Virus record (IMG/VR): IMGVR_UViG_3300042261_001262
Length of the DNA stretch: 64,000 nt
Source of the DNA: an uncultured virus (IMG/VR IMGVR_UViG_3300042261_001262)
Lineage: Duplodnaviria > Heunggongvirae > Uroviricota > Caudoviricetes
Reading direction: 5' to 3' (one strand)
The position numbers were made by a program, and so were the translations under genes. A model generated the notes under the pieces. The model worked only from the letters and a program-made list of their open reading frames with translations. It had not been told where the DNA came from and did no database searches. Positions 22,301 through 33,010 of this stretch are shown here, piece after piece (within the stretch, counting starts at the first letter, position 1; the number at the start of each line of letters is the position of its first letter).

Positions 22301-22402
22301 AAAATGGTTGAAAGAATTTTTGCAAGTGTTTGCTATACTTTCAAAAATGATTTTATTCTATATCCTTTAGAAACAAATGTTACTCACGCTGTTAATTTAT
22401 AA
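16382..22402 (+). CDS. tape measure protein with C-terminal lytic transglycosylase (SLT) domain
   Basis: 2006 aa, A/G-rich helical; ARGG...VGEKGPELFVP motif; glycine-zipper repeats; IADAESSF...AGLFQF..TW SLT motifs. Confidence 0.85.
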   Translation: MPPPSRNVPNEELARMMMMLNAMSSVPSIQSRGTQTRSGSTPINRVNEERFNTLKGPIYKAQKAMMWPSIAGTMLMDYQPKMVEALKKLTGKDFSKEISSTLSIPGALAYGLPSILSAATKTLRLPAEKQYAKQLGMAGTTSRALDSLSMIRHLGRTAPVFAAMMASPNLGNMARKIIPRPENLLTAPALGAYGATKGIVKGAGRAADWLSGGAISSGINAVKGTQIGGAAAGVLKKAIGGANAQITSNILGDPMGLSLTLAGIQMAAAVWKGIKLQKIRPTRKAASTLERKYSVSSGFTQALGQVQNTMMTGKTPPEQIIAQLAMIQSQLLIAIEQHVSPIGEIYAELDMIRQEKEKGTTSFGKEYGESILGDEKKSFSQKLMDKVEGSLTHAMTKYNPLTQLASTVVGLLKGKIILPKAEQDRIAKTYGFDNYEKMTKEQSSEFGISIPLMRLLQSDSKKIIQMAPTFEAQQIALLSAIFDIQRLTAQETMTMRKGMGFDDNLFYSGPEREGLMYSFREMVRKLNPMNLPGVNALVNLAKLPFKIPGLIRKGAMGAYKGAKNFIFGSEYQELAEGGLAKKVGATKSTQDRAYEFLSEGLPDQLERLRDVGLAQLDMLQNILATNMLILQAQGLNYTYKKTQDWGKEHIREWNYVAGKYHSKTGREDWKNQLFKESQFEMETAFRHGPFGQLLQMFGMGGRVKKERNAWTRKFGSWEQEHFGARTTQGLGDILQDLIGDIAGVRTSESEKFFSTGQAKEKRQFDESFLRRLKKGLKWWKPFSQERQEVRARQKEIGSLIGPRGKVSGRESAFEQEQILRGNLEQLLEHVAAKGFETNQFEQGITSQFNLHQVQDDMLGALKAIRDILQSSVSVNVSEIGGIDLVGKIPTNGSPQLPVFAHIDLTDLVPAYSDLPLTDSGFIKVAMMEEGGQKLQSKTPFVDVNIAAIAEELESPPVVQYDQMHLPMNEKQWTNLQKQARGGRTGFGPILVGEKGPELFVPAAAEGLAIPGTGTILPNDITSYLASMDEHLKKICGFDSGLYELQKELQEETLHEKIDNIEKQKKEEKKDKLQYDIWDRLNNMYKIMKSDEKRKSLLDKLKGSGSDIWDFIKGLGSMIPSFLSNIGSLAAIAGTIYLLYKILKKVGPMLKRFDDWLSESGVSVKQRIAGYLQTASTTGIGLGHYAMVKTRQLAAVEEAAKAAHEAALPKATKSPGIFSKGLDWVKGKLGGIGGKAATAGEWNMGMAAEAQFAEQAGIAGKAGKAGEFFSKGAAFLEKIFKPLMPIFEGVLKGLEPIGKMLLKVGRVLGKLATPVAIVTTIWDFVSDTISGWKEGGFAGAIRGFFVGKMKDDLETGLGQVGKWAGFGAMVGTPIAPILGTIVGALIGAGIGALITGIKGIFIDSEKKGIGTAIFDNLFSKDGGLLAGIKGAGLWAGIGAAAGTAIVPGLGTIVGALVGGAVGGIINYFGTVKIENAKEFMANLGVNKWIIDGLAEGSYARKFAEWGSFVPLIGPIVGGVLGITVDMFVEIFKGAKKLVGFAKDFLKKYFPFLFPDEATTAATEKAYAESGAEGVSLIGGSTAPNITSIAAEGKATNQGLLNLTKPSAPGPKLPAPSTQTTAGTAGTTPPSTQTADGTKPSDSQLKQNVQMGTPGKNVKELIQQASGKTGAPADTMLKIADAESSFRPWATNPEGTDASRSGAQKGGATSAGLFQFTMDTWNNSINRWGSRYGILPGTSRLDPYANAMLGGELIRDHYSALRQAGITDITDADVYSVHFTGNTALARAVRSNPNEPIQDFIYRTFRSRKVAAEAIAKNPMLQRGTVGSVYSILARKVKVDPSKLLSKAAGVDVNGLPQTSHGNDIVPPGGTPEAAKTFNLLDMVSSMTQEAQNYVTERFFGGGSAGNDVSPPSIGGKLPSMVETKEELARKKAVASTESYVPPPVASSTTNINQPISSINSMNQVSGTPVDSYMDKMVERIFASVCYTFKNDFILYPLETNVTHAVNL

Positions 22403-22407
22403 AAATA

Positions 22408-22446
22408 TGATTACCGGCGAGAATATATAAATCTCGCCGGTAATCA
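22408..22446 (+). terminator. 15-bp hairpin after tape measure gene
   Basis: TGATTACCGGCGAGA-N9-TCTCGCCGGTAATCA. Confidence 0.6.
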
Positions 22447-22454
22447 AACATAAA

Positions 22455-23018
22455 ATGGAGAAATTAGAAATGTCAAAACAATGGTGGGCAGAAGTTAATG
22501 ATTTAGAAACTGCAAAATATAGAATTTACAATGAAGATAGTTTTAAATATGATAAAGTGTTACCATATCTTAACTTCAATGATAAAACAGTATTAGATTT
22601 TGGATGTGGGATAGGAAGGAATTTAAAGTTTTTAACACATTCGGCCGCTAAAGAAATATTTGGATTTGATATGCCGAATATGTTAAATTTAGCACAATCA
22701 TTTCTAACAGAAGAAGAATTAAATAAGGTACAATTTCTTTGTGAACCATTAGATGAATTTCCTAAAGTAGATGTAGTAACTGCATTAATAGTTTTTCAAC
22801 ATATGGATATTCCTACATTACAAAGATATCTACAAATGTTAAGTGATTGTTTAAATCCAGGTGGTATAATGTATGTTATGAGTAGAGGTTATATTGATCA
22901 TGAATTAGGAAATATATGGCCTCATATAATTAAATATTTCGAACCGATAACATCATTATATCCAGAAGATTTTAGCGAAAAACATCAAACTTGTTTATTT
23001 AAGCCAATTAAGGAGTAA
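22455..23018 (+). CDS. class I SAM-dependent methyltransferase
   Basis: VLDFGCGIGR motif I; VFQH; LNPGG. Confidence 0.88.
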   Translation: MEKLEMSKQWWAEVNDLETAKYRIYNEDSFKYDKVLPYLNFNDKTVLDFGCGIGRNLKFLTHSAAKEIFGFDMPNMLNLAQSFLTEEELNKVQFLCEPLDEFPKVDVVTALIVFQHMDIPTLQRYLQMLSDCLNPGGIMYVMSRGYIDHELGNIWPHIIKYFEPITSLYPEDFSEKHQTCLFKPIKE

Positions 23019-23022
23019 TTAA

Positions 23023-24648
23023 ATGGCAACATATTCTTTTATAGGTACGGGACTTTCGAATTTAAAAAATCAAACAACTGAATTTGTTAATAAAGGTTTG
23101 AATAGTGCTACAAGTCAGGAAATAATAAGTGGAGCAAAAAAAGTGGTAGATAATGTTATTCCATCAGGAATAAATACAGTATCTTCAAATGATTTATTTG
23201 TTGTAGGAAAACCTTATGCTTTTAATGAGTATGTTGATCCTGAAAAGAGGATTGGTAGTTATATAAGAACTAAAATGAGTGTTATAGATTTAATTCCTTG
23301 TGAATATTCTATAGCATTTCGTAAAATGTATGAAAATGAAAGTAGTGGTGGAATATTTAATGTAACGTATGATAAAAAAATTACACAATATAAACAATTA
23401 TGTGCTCACCACGGTCTTGATGCTAAAAGTGGATTAAGATTGTTTACAACTGATGATACTACAGCCAGTGATAGTTTTAATGTTCAATATAAAGATAGTA
23501 TATTTCAAGGAGTAGCGGATAAGTTAGGTGATTTAACAAGAAGTTTTCAAGATATAACAAGATCAGTATCATCTGAAGCTATGCCAGCTACTAGAAAGTT
23601 AAGTGCAGATGGGATTAATAAAATGAGAGATAAAGGAATAGGAATTGCTCCAGGTCAAGCACCAGTTATAACTGCTGTATCTGAGGTTGTTAAAAGTGTG
23701 GCTGATATTATTTTGACTGGTAAAAGATTAAATTTTCCTAAAATTTGGTCGAACAGTAGTCATTCAACCAATATGAGTACGGTAATTAAATTAGTATCAC
23801 CATATGGTTCACCTAAAGCAATTTATGAATTTATTATTAAACCATTAACATATCTTATTCTCTTAGCAGCCCCACATACAGAAGATGGTATTTCATATGG
23901 TGATAATATACCGATTACTATTAAAGCATATGGTATGAATTATATTACACTCGGAGCAATTAATAGTATCACTTTAAGAAGAGGTGGAAATGATACAAGT
24001 TTTAACATCTATAGACAACCTTTATCGATAGATGTTAGTATAGATTTTCAAGCTTTATTTGATGGTTTTGCCGTTTTTACACCAGGTGGCCAAAATCCAT
24101 TACATATTCCTAAAGATGAAAATATTATACATGATTATAAGTTATTTAATCCATCAGCTGAAAATCTTTATGGTGGTAGACCTCAATCACCATTAACCAC
24201 TATGAGTACATTATTGGAATCATTGAAACCTTTTGATTTTGTTGAAGGAAATACTAATCTATTTCAAGTATATGGGAATTTTTCTAGGCCATCTGAAGAA
24301 GTTGTATCTCCTGTTGGTGCCGGACAAACTAACATTGGTTCATCATTTGTGCCCAGTGGGTCATTAAATAACATTTCAGAAATTATTTCTGGAAATTCTA
24401 TAAGTGGAGCTTCACAATCTTTAAATCCATTAACTCAAGTTTCAAATTTTTTAAATGAAGCAACTGTATCTATGAAAAATATGATTCCGGCAGAATTTAG
24501 TGCAGCATATAGATCTGCTAATGATACAGTTAATACAATGTCAACTACAACAAGAACTTTCACTGCTACTGTCGAAAATATAAAACCTCAGGCGGATAAT
24601 GTACGTGATAAAGTACGAAGTAATTTTGTTGGATGGGGAAAATTATGA
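23023..24648 (+). CDS. virion structural protein (baseplate / tube-initiator-like)
   Basis: FPKIW.NS...L.SPYG...P.SIDVSIDF pattern; follows the tape measure gene. Confidence 0.55.
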   Translation: MATYSFIGTGLSNLKNQTTEFVNKGLNSATSQEIISGAKKVVDNVIPSGINTVSSNDLFVVGKPYAFNEYVDPEKRIGSYIRTKMSVIDLIPCEYSIAFRKMYENESSGGIFNVTYDKKITQYKQLCAHHGLDAKSGLRLFTTDDTTASDSFNVQYKDSIFQGVADKLGDLTRSFQDITRSVSSEAMPATRKLSADGINKMRDKGIGIAPGQAPVITAVSEVVKSVADIILTGKRLNFPKIWSNSSHSTNMSTVIKLVSPYGSPKAIYEFIIKPLTYLILLAAPHTEDGISYGDNIPITIKAYGMNYITLGAINSITLRRGGNDTSFNIYRQPLSIDVSIDFQALFDGFAVFTPGGQNPLHIPKDENIIHDYKLFNPSAENLYGGRPQSPLTTMSTLLESLKPFDFVEGNTNLFQVYGNFSRPSEEVVSPVGAGQTNIGSSFVPSGSLNNISEIISGNSISGASQSLNPLTQVSNFLNEATVSMKNMIPAEFSAAYRSANDTVNTMSTTTRTFTATVENIKPQADNVRDKVRSNFVGWGKL

Positions 24649-27047
24649 GTGTTTATAACTCTTATGCTGATGGTTATGCAAGTTTTGCAAATTATGCTTA
24701 TAATATATTAAATAAAACTTTATTTTTCCAGGATATTTTTAGTAAAGCTCAACAAATGGTTAAAGATCCTAATTTTCTTTCTCAGGATTTTTTGAATCAT
24801 TTTAGTGACTTTCCTAAATTTCCTAATTTTTTTAATGTTATTTCTGGTCAAAATTATATAAAATTAAATGATATTTTTAATGTGGCTTCAGATCAGATTA
24901 ATTATTTGCCAGAGGCAATTTCAAATCATAATGTTTTACGATATAAATTATCTTTTGATAAAATACCAAATGATGTTAATGAACTTGTTAAACAAGCATA
25001 TATACAGTATGGATATTTAACAACATTATTGGATATATATGATTTTGATCTTTTTTTAAGGCCGCTTTCATCTCAAGATAGATATAGAAATTATGTAGAC
25101 TATTTATATTCCGATAGATTTGAAAGTATCGGAAAGAATGAAAGCGCAGGTTTCGAAAATTGTAGTCTTTTTTCAAATTTTATACTTCAAGATTGTTTTA
25201 ATACATTTTTTAATTTCAGTTTTAATTTATATTCTTGTATCTCACAATATGTTGATATTATGAATAATGTTGATGGAGATAATGGTAAGGAATTAGTAAA
25301 ACAAGATTTTCGAAATCTTATAAGTAATAACAAATCGGAAATAGCAACCGACCTTACAGAATTAATATTAAAAACAATGTATGGTGTTTCAAATGCTACT
25401 ACTAATCTAAAATTGCAAATTAAAAATGTTATAGAGACTTATTTGACGGATACATTATTACCAATTGGGGATTCACCTTTTGATCTTTTTATTAGTGAAG
25501 ATTATGTTTCATCTCCAGATTTGTCAATAATGAATAATATGGTTCAATGTTTATTTGGAATATGTTCTTGTGATTTTAATGGTAGAACTGGTGGTAATTC
25601 AAATTATGTTAATTTGGATAAATTAACAACTTGGTCTTTTAATGAATATAATTCATTTTTAAGTTATACAAATAAGCTTAATGTGTCTGATATTCAACCG
25701 TATTTATTTTTAATCTACTGTTATAAATTTTGGCCTCAAAAGTTTTTAAATATTGCATCTCTTTCAATTCGTAAATATGTTGAAGATTACATAAAAACAT
25801 ATGATGAATCGAATACAAGTGCTTCAAATCAATTTGATAGTGATTTTGATTTATTTTTTAATTCTTTTGTAAACTATACTCAACTAACAGAATTTGCTGC
25901 TGAAGTATTTTCTAATATCCCTACTATAAAAGAAAATATTACTACACCTGTTGTTTTTACTCATACCAATCCAGATAATTTTATAGTACTTGCTTCTGCT
26001 ATCAAAATGGATAATGGAACTAAAATTAAATTTGCAACAACTAATACTTTACCATCTGATATAATTACTGGATCTGGATTAAGTACATCAATTTATTATT
26101 ATGTTCGATTAGAGGATGTTGCTTATACTCAATATAGTCTTTATGATAGTAAAGAGCATGCAATATCAGGGGGTTCTACGGGACAAATACCTTTGTCATC
26201 TATGAATTCTGGCATAGGAACACATACCGTAGTTTTTGATGAAATTGTATTATCATTTCCAAGATTTACGCATGCTGCAGATGATACTATATATATCGAA
26301 TTAGAAACTCCCTTAATTATGAATGACGGAACAGCAGTTGAATTAACAACAACTGGAGAACTTCCTCATGGAATATCATTAGGTGTTGTTTATTATGTTA
26401 AAAATGAGGGAGAGGATAGTTTAAAATATAGTTTTTATGATACAAGAGAAAATGCTATATCTGGTGGAGTTGTTGGACGTGTTTCTATGTTTGGAACAGG
26501 AATAGGAATTCATTCTGTGATGTCTAATTATTTTTGGGCTACATCTCAATATTATCAAGTTCCAGAGTTTGCTGTTAAACTATATGGAATATATATAATT
26601 GATGAATTTTTAAAACCCAGTATTTTACCTAATAAAGATTTTTATAGAACTTTCGCTAATGGATTATTGGAAGCCGTATTTGATTATTTATATTCACAAG
26701 CAATGGTTAGTTATGATTTTGCATGGTATAATAATTATCAATTGGTTGATATTTATTTAAAGATTTATTTAAGAAATAAATTATTTATAAATCAACCTAA
26801 TGATGATAATGAATTTTTAACACTTCTAACAAAAGAATTTGTTTCCGAGGTTAAAACTGTTGCAACAAATAGAACTGGAATTTCTAGTTTGGATGTATCT
26901 GTTAATGCTACAAAATTAACTAGTTGTTTTACAGATATAGTTAATCATAAATCTAAACAAATTCCTTTTCAATTTTATAATAATATGCAACTTTCTCTTT
27001 TATCAAGGGAAATTATTTATGGTGTCATGTCTAATTTCATAGCATAA
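24633..27047 (+). CDS. virion structural protein with two internal beta-rich repeats
   Basis: Repeats MDNGT...TLP...YYYV...YSLYDSKEHAISGG and MNDGT...ELP...VYYV...YSFYDTRENAISGG; start may be ATG 24645. Confidence 0.65.
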   Translation: MGKIMSVYNSYADGYASFANYAYNILNKTLFFQDIFSKAQQMVKDPNFLSQDFLNHFSDFPKFPNFFNVISGQNYIKLNDIFNVASDQINYLPEAISNHNVLRYKLSFDKIPNDVNELVKQAYIQYGYLTTLLDIYDFDLFLRPLSSQDRYRNYVDYLYSDRFESIGKNESAGFENCSLFSNFILQDCFNTFFNFSFNLYSCISQYVDIMNNVDGDNGKELVKQDFRNLISNNKSEIATDLTELILKTMYGVSNATTNLKLQIKNVIETYLTDTLLPIGDSPFDLFISEDYVSSPDLSIMNNMVQCLFGICSCDFNGRTGGNSNYVNLDKLTTWSFNEYNSFLSYTNKLNVSDIQPYLFLIYCYKFWPQKFLNIASLSIRKYVEDYIKTYDESNTSASNQFDSDFDLFFNSFVNYTQLTEFAAEVFSNIPTIKENITTPVVFTHTNPDNFIVLASAIKMDNGTKIKFATTNTLPSDIITGSGLSTSIYYYVRLEDVAYTQYSLYDSKEHAISGGSTGQIPLSSMNSGIGTHTVVFDEIVLSFPRFTHAADDTIYIELETPLIMNDGTAVELTTTGELPHGISLGVVYYVKNEGEDSLKYSFYDTRENAISGGVVGRVSMFGTGIGIHSVMSNYFWATSQYYQVPEFAVKLYGIYIIDEFLKPSILPNKDFYRTFANGLLEAVFDYLYSQAMVSYDFAWYNNYQLVDIYLKIYLRNKLFINQPNDDNEFLTLLTKEFVSEVKTVATNRTGISSLDVSVNATKLTSCFTDIVNHKSKQIPFQFYNNMQLSLLSREIIYGVMSNFIA

Positions 27048-27059
27048 GTTTCTATTTTT

Positions 27060-27072
27060 ATATAGAAATGAT
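27060..27072 (+). promoter_or_regulatory. ATATAGAAATRAT motif (candidate phage promoter)
   Basis: One mismatch to a 13-mer found four other times upstream of genes. Confidence 0.45.
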
Positions 27073-27090
27073 AATAAAAGGAGCACGATA

Positions 27091-27339
27091 ATGATCGAAT
27101 GTAATAGTTTATTTGAAGCTGCATCATCTTCTGCGACAGAAAGAGAAGAATTTGCAAATCAAAGAATAGCAGATTTAAAAAGTGCAAGAGCACAAGGTAG
27201 AATTGATCAAAAAAGTTTTCAGAATAGATTAAGGTACTGGATTAAAGTTAAATCAGGTTCGATTGGATCTCCAAAATCAGTAGAATCGGGAGCATCACCA
27301 GGAATGTCAGATCTTAAAACTGCTGGAAATTATTTCTAA
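27091..27339 (+). CDS. small protein with LFE leader
   Basis: SD AAGGAG; starts MIECNSLFE. Confidence 0.65.
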   Translation: MIECNSLFEAASSSATEREEFANQRIADLKSARAQGRIDQKSFQNRLRYWIKVKSGSIGSPKSVESGASPGMSDLKTAGNYF

Positions 27340-27362
27340 AAAGTTATAATAAAGGGAGGCAC

Positions 27363-29593
27363 ATGGTAAATGCATTGCTACAAAGTAAAAGTCCGAATAT
27401 GAATTTAATGAAAACTTTTACTTCGACTTTTGCATCAGAAGATTTTTTTATTGATATTGCTAAAATTGCATTATATCCTTCAGATTTTGGATCATTCACT
27501 TCTGAGAAAACGAACTCAGTTGTAGATTATTTAAAAACTTTTTTAAGAAAATTATCAGATACTGTAAGGAATATGCAATTAACCAATGTTAAAACAATAA
27601 TTACTCAAATTCAAACATTAAATACATTATTAACAATTAGAGAATCAAGTGCCAATATTTTAACATATGATAATGCATTCCAACATTTAATAAATCCAGA
27701 TTTAGTAGTTACTAAATTAATACAAAAATCTATTGATTCCAAAATTGATAATTCTGATGATTTCCGTAAAACAACTGATAATATTATTAATATTGTTCAT
27801 GCTTATTATGAAATAACTTCTGTTTCAACATCTTTAACAATGTTGAGTAATTTAAATGATTCAATTATTGAAAGAAATTTAGCACCATTTGAGGCATTAA
27901 AGAATTATAAAGATATTGTTATTGCTGCTTATAATGATTTATCAAAATTACAATCATTATCCAAAGCAGAATCAGTATCAGATTATTTTATCATTTCTGA
28001 TGAAAAATCTTGTAATTCATTAGCTCAAACGTTGGTTGATTATATTGCAAAAGGTTTTTCGGTTTATAAAACAGGTTTTACTTTGTTAGATCATACTCTT
28101 GAGGGTATTGAAAGTGCAAGTGTTCATTTATTTTCAGCACCTTCTAACCATGGTAAGAGTATATTTTGTATTAATATGTGTAGGAATATTATTGAGCATA
28201 ATGTTTCTGATTTTGAAAAGAATGATGCTGTCTTGTTCGTAACTCTTGAGGATTTGTATAAAAAGTCCTCTACATCAGTAATGATGTAAAAATAAACTCC
28301 TCTAATTCGGTGAAACTCCAGAGATGGACAATACCGAGCCAAGCTTCTATGGGAGCTGCTAACTTCCATAGTTGAAGGTGTAACGACTAGTCGAAAGACG
28401 TAGCTGATAAGCATCAGCGAAATGGGGAGCATCCTAACTAACTTAAAATGTAGTAATGGAGGACAGGGTTTGGCCACCGCTTGAAAAAAGTAAAAATAGA
28501 AGTAAAAGTAATAAAATTATTTGAAATAAAAAGTTAGGATGATGATATAGTCTAGTCTATATGGAAACATATAGCAGTCTCTTAAGTGAGACGAGTTAGA
28601 AGTAGCGACTCTAACTGAATATAAACGGATATTTACAAATTAATTAGAAGATTTGGTGCCATATTTGGAAACTATAAATTTGAATCTCTTAAAAGATTAT
28701 TTTCAAAATCATATGAAATGACACGGGCATCACAACTTGCCGGTTTAGAAGTTGAAGCAAATAGTAAACTTAATAATAGTTTACATACAATGTTGAATAA
28801 TATTTTAAAAACCAGTATTGTTAAAGCAACAAATGGTAAAGTTAATTTGGTATTAAAACATTGTAATGAGAACAGCTTCACTCCAGGAGATTTAGGTCGT
28901 TTTGTAGATAGATTAAGAGTTGAGGGATATAGGACAAAGATGATCTTCGTTGATTATGTAGATGTCATGACCCCGAGCATTGCGAGATTTAATAATAGTT
29001 CTGAATATGATGCTCAGGGATCAATTGTTCAAGAATTGAGAGCATTATCAAGAATTCATAGTATTCCAGTTTTTAGTCCGACACAAAATAAAAGAGAAAC
29101 AGAGAATGTTACTAGAATGCAAAGTAATGAATCCATTGGTGATAGTTATAAAAAGATAAGATATTCGGATTTTATATATATGGCAAGAATGAGAAATGAT
29201 TTAACATTTTTACATGAATCAGTTCGGCCACATGTTATTCCGAAGAAAACGTTACCAGATGGTGTAACAACTGATTTTGTTTCTCCTGAAATTTTAAAGT
29301 ATAAGGATAAATTGGTAGAAGTGTTGGTTCCTTTTGAAATTAAAATTACTAAGTCTAAAGATTCAGAAAAAGATCAGTCAAGATTTTTATTATTTTGTAA
29401 GGATAATTTAAGAATATATAATAATATCGATGAATATTTAAAGGATGCACCAGTTATTGAAGCTAATAGTAATAGATTAGAAAAAGATGTATCTATATTA
29501 ACTGAGCTTATGATAGCAAGTGTGAGTACAGATGATTTTTCAGATAATTTTATTGATGATTCAGTTGTAGTTAATTTTTCATCACAGTTTTAA
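27363..29593 (+). CDS. DnaB/gp41-like SF4 helicase, spliced (exons 27363-28253 and 28628-29593; 618 aa)
   Basis: Walker A APSNHGKS; spliced junction VTLED|DIYKLIRRF; IFVDYVD Walker B; SPTQ..R and IGDSY motifs. Confidence 0.85.
28254..28627 (+). ncRNA. group I intron in helicase gene (374 nt)
   Basis: P1 GAGGAU/GUCCUC with U-G at 28253; P/Q AATTCGGTGAA...AATACCGAG; P7 GACTA/TAGTC; ends in G; excision restores the frame. Confidence 0.92.
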
Positions 29594-29620
29594 TATATTT
29601 TATTATATAAAGGGGTTATC

Positions 29621-29911
29621 ATGATGGATCAAGGGGTGGTAGATCTTAGTGATCTTGATGAAAGTCATCCACAAAAATGTAATGGTTTTGATGTTGATCA
29701 TGCTACTTGTTATCGTAATTTTCGTTGTAAAAAATATGATTATTGTCTTAATCATGCAATTAAGAATCAATGGAGAAGTTTTAGTTGTAAATGTTGTCAG
29801 AAATATTTTGATAATAATGAATCATTAGATTGTGAAGAAAAATTAGAATTTTATATAATTAAATACTTTATGAGATCAACTGATATATTATCATCAAAAT
29901 ATAAAAATTAA
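29621..29911 (+). CDS. Cys-rich, probably Zn-binding small protein
   Basis: CxxYxxCL...FSCxxC pattern. Confidence 0.6.
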   Translation: MMDQGVVDLSDLDESHPQKCNGFDVDHATCYRNFRCKKYDYCLNHAIKNQWRSFSCKCCQKYFDNNESLDCEEKLEFYIIKYFMRSTDILSSKYKN

Positions 29912-30035
29912 AACCCTTGATAAATTTTCTATGTTATATTCTACGGTTTTTGAAATTTTTATTTTGTTAACTATAATATAACCGGGAAATGGGCTCAATT
30001 TTTGTTGAGCTTTTACACAAAAACAAAAATACTTT

Positions 30036-30305
30036 ATGGAGGATTATTTTATGCTTAGAGAATTCGTACAGTTAGTGGACGAAGCCGTCGACGAAGGTTT
30101 CGATCGTGGATTAACAATGTTCATGGAGAGTCTCGAAGAAGATCTCATGAAGGCAGAGTTAATTAGTGAGAATGGTAGCACAGACAAGATTATTGCTGAA
30201 ATGTTAGTGCGTGATGGTATTGTTGGTGAAGAGACTTTAAATGAGGATATTGACGAGTCTACTGTTGATGCTTTATTGGCCGAATTTAAGAAGAAAGGAA
30301 TGTAA
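30036..30305 (+). CDS. small acidic protein (prohead core/scaffold-like)
   Basis: Very acidic, upstream of portal; start may be the ATG at 30051. Confidence 0.6.
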   Translation: MEDYFMLREFVQLVDEAVDEGFDRGLTMFMESLEEDLMKAELISENGSTDKIIAEMLVRDGIVGEETLNEDIDESTVDALLAEFKKKGM

Positions 30306-30317
30306 TTATTAATAAAC

Positions 30318-30692
30318 ATGCAAATAACAAATATTATTTTAATAGCACAACTGATTTTATTAATTATTATAATTTTTATATTGATTAGAAAAAGTGGTGA
30401 TAATGATCAACAATTTATTATCGCAAATACTTTTTTAAAAAATGTATGTGATATTTATTATGATTCTACCTTAAAAAATAAAATTGAAGAAATTAAAAAG
30501 ACTTTTGATTTAGATCCACAATCAAGAACAAATTCAATTGTTGCATTTAATAAACAATATAACGAATTATTGGCAGAATCTGCAAAACAAATCGTTAGAG
30601 GTTACATATCTAAAAATTGTTTAAAAACTTTACTAACTTACTATGATATGAATTCGATTATTCTAACGATTGTATTCTATCTAAAAAGGTAA
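30318..30692 (+). CDS. membrane-anchored hypothetical protein
   Basis: Strong N-terminal hydrophobic helix. Confidence 0.65.
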   Translation: MQITNIILIAQLILLIIIIFILIRKSGDNDQQFIIANTFLKNVCDIYYDSTLKNKIEEIKKTFDLDPQSRTNSIVAFNKQYNELLAESAKQIVRGYISKNCLKTLLTYYDMNSIILTIVFYLKR

Positions 30693-30695
30693 ATT

Positions 30696-33010
30696 ATGTC
30701 TATCTTAAGTCAGCTTTTAAACGATCCAAATTTAGATAATTTTGATACAAGGGTTGATAATTTAATTAATCAGCTTGGAGCTTTAAATCAGACTGTTCAA
30801 ATAGAACCACTTACGAGTGATTTTATTTCATCTTTTGTTGAAAATGCTCCAACTGATGATCTTGAAAAATTATTTTCTTCTGTGGTAGTTTCTCGTGATA
30901 GACTTGAGAGATATAATATTTATGATGAAGCATATAGATATGTGCCGATTATAAAAAGAATGTTAAAAGTATATCTTGCCAATATTTTACAAAAAAATCC
31001 TACGACTGGCAAGTGTCTTTTAATACGAGAAGCTGCCGATATACCATCAGAGAAGAAAAATATTGAACTTATTAATGAAGCAAAAAAATTTGCTGATGAT
31101 TGTATTAAGAAGTTTGATTTAATTACCAAACTCAAAAATAAAATTATTCCTAATAAATTGGTTTATGGAGATTGTTTTTTAGAAGTTATTGATATTAATG
31201 AGGAATCAAAAAAGAAAGAATCAGCGACTAACATTTCTACGGTTACATTATTCGAATCAGAAATAAGAAATATGAATACTGATTTGGAACAAATGAAATT
31301 TAAAAGAAATGGTAGTAGTGCAACTGATCAACTTGATAATATGTTAAACAAGTTAAGTAAATATTTAGTTGAAGTTGAACAATATGTTCCAGCAGTAGAA
31401 CAACAAACAGAAAAAACAACAGATGAAAAAACAATTGTTTACAATGATATTGTTATTAAGATACATAAACCTCACAATATTGTTGTTTTACAAACTGATT
31501 ATGGTTCAGCTTTAGGTTATTTGGAAGTTTCAAAAGAAGATATTCCTCAAAATTTCAACTTAACGCAATCTCTTTCAACTATTGTTGGTAAGATTACAAC
31601 AATTATGGGGAAAGATATGATTCCCCAAGACACTATCACTGACCGCTTAGTCCGGTACATCGTCAAACAGGCTCTCGAGAAATCTGGTGCGTTTGTAGCT
31701 GGTGCGGAACAGTCAATTGATGATCTTTTTAGAGGTCTCGACCCTAATATTTTAGTTTTCATTAAGAGATTAATTATTGAACAAGGATTAAATCAAAAGA
31801 CAGCATCATATAATAGGATTAGAATAAGATTTATACCTGTTAGTCGTATGGTGCATTTTTTGATTCCATCGGCTGAATTTGAGCCATATGGAGTATCCTT
31901 TATTGATCCATTAGTATTTCATTCTAAATTATATATTTTATCACAACTCTCGAATGTTATACTTAAGTTAAGTAGAGCTGCGCCAGTGCGTTAACATTTA
32001 GCGCACTTTAAATCCGGTGAATTCAGGGGAACTCCAGAAATGGACAATCCTGAGCCAAGCTTCAATTATAGCTGCTAACTGTAATTGTTGAAGGTGCAAC
32101 GACTAGAACGAAAGTTCGTACACTCAAGCGAGTGGAAGCGCCGGATACCCTTAGATAAAAGTAAGGAGAAAAAGAAAATATGTCAGAGTTTTGGAATCAT
32201 GTAACAATCTAAGGGTAGTGATATAGTCTCTTCTGCATAGTAATATGCAGCAGTCGAAAGACGAGTAAAGAATAGCGAACTTTACTGAAGATTAAGAAAT
32301 GGTCAATAGACGTAGGTAGTACGAACATGCAAGCTGGTCTTATTCAAAAACTTAAGAGAGAGTTGTATAATACACGAATTACATTAGAAGATCTTGCAAG
32401 CTTTAAATCGATACCGAAAATCCTGAGCGACTATAAAGATATGTTTATACTCACTAAAGGCGGAGCAAAGCCGATCGATGTTGAGATCACTTCTCATGGT
32501 GATCCGACGGTAAGGGTTGCTGATTTGGAAGATGCAAGACGGGAAATTATGAGCTTATCCGGCATACCCCCAGCCTATTTAGGTTATGCGGATGTAGTTG
32601 AATTAAGAGAACAATTAGTTCATACGAATGTATCATTTGCTACTGAAATTGCAGATCTCCAGGAAGGTATATCTAGTGGTTTAAATAAGTTTTTAGATAT
32701 TATTGCTGAAATTAAACAAATTGAATTTAAACCATCAACATATGTTCAGGTAGCTTTGATACCACCTATTACATTAATGTTACAATTAATAGAAATGTCA
32801 TTATCTTCTATTGGTAATATTAATGGTATATTCCAAACTCTTCAAACCCCAATCGATCCTTTCTTTTTCTTACAACAATATGTACCATTTATTGATTGGG
32901 AAGAATTTAAATCAAGAGCAAGTGAATATGCATTAACTCAAGCAACTAAAACTGATATAGATAACACTAATGCTGTACCTGGTGAAGTTCCACCTGGAGG
33001 AGGTAAATAA
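30696..33010 (+). CDS. portal protein, spliced (exons 30696-31991 and 32297-33010; 669 aa)
   Basis: YGDCF, PYGVSF..P; spliced junction RAAPVR|KWSIDVG matches the T4 gp20-type RAPERR..IDVG motif; SGIPPAYLG. Confidence 0.88.
31992..32296 (+). ncRNA. group I intron in portal gene (305 nt)
   Basis: P1 AGUGCGU/GCGCACU with U-G at 31991; AATTCAGGGGAA...AATCCTGAG; GACTA/TAGTC; ends in G; excision restores the frame. Confidence 0.92.
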
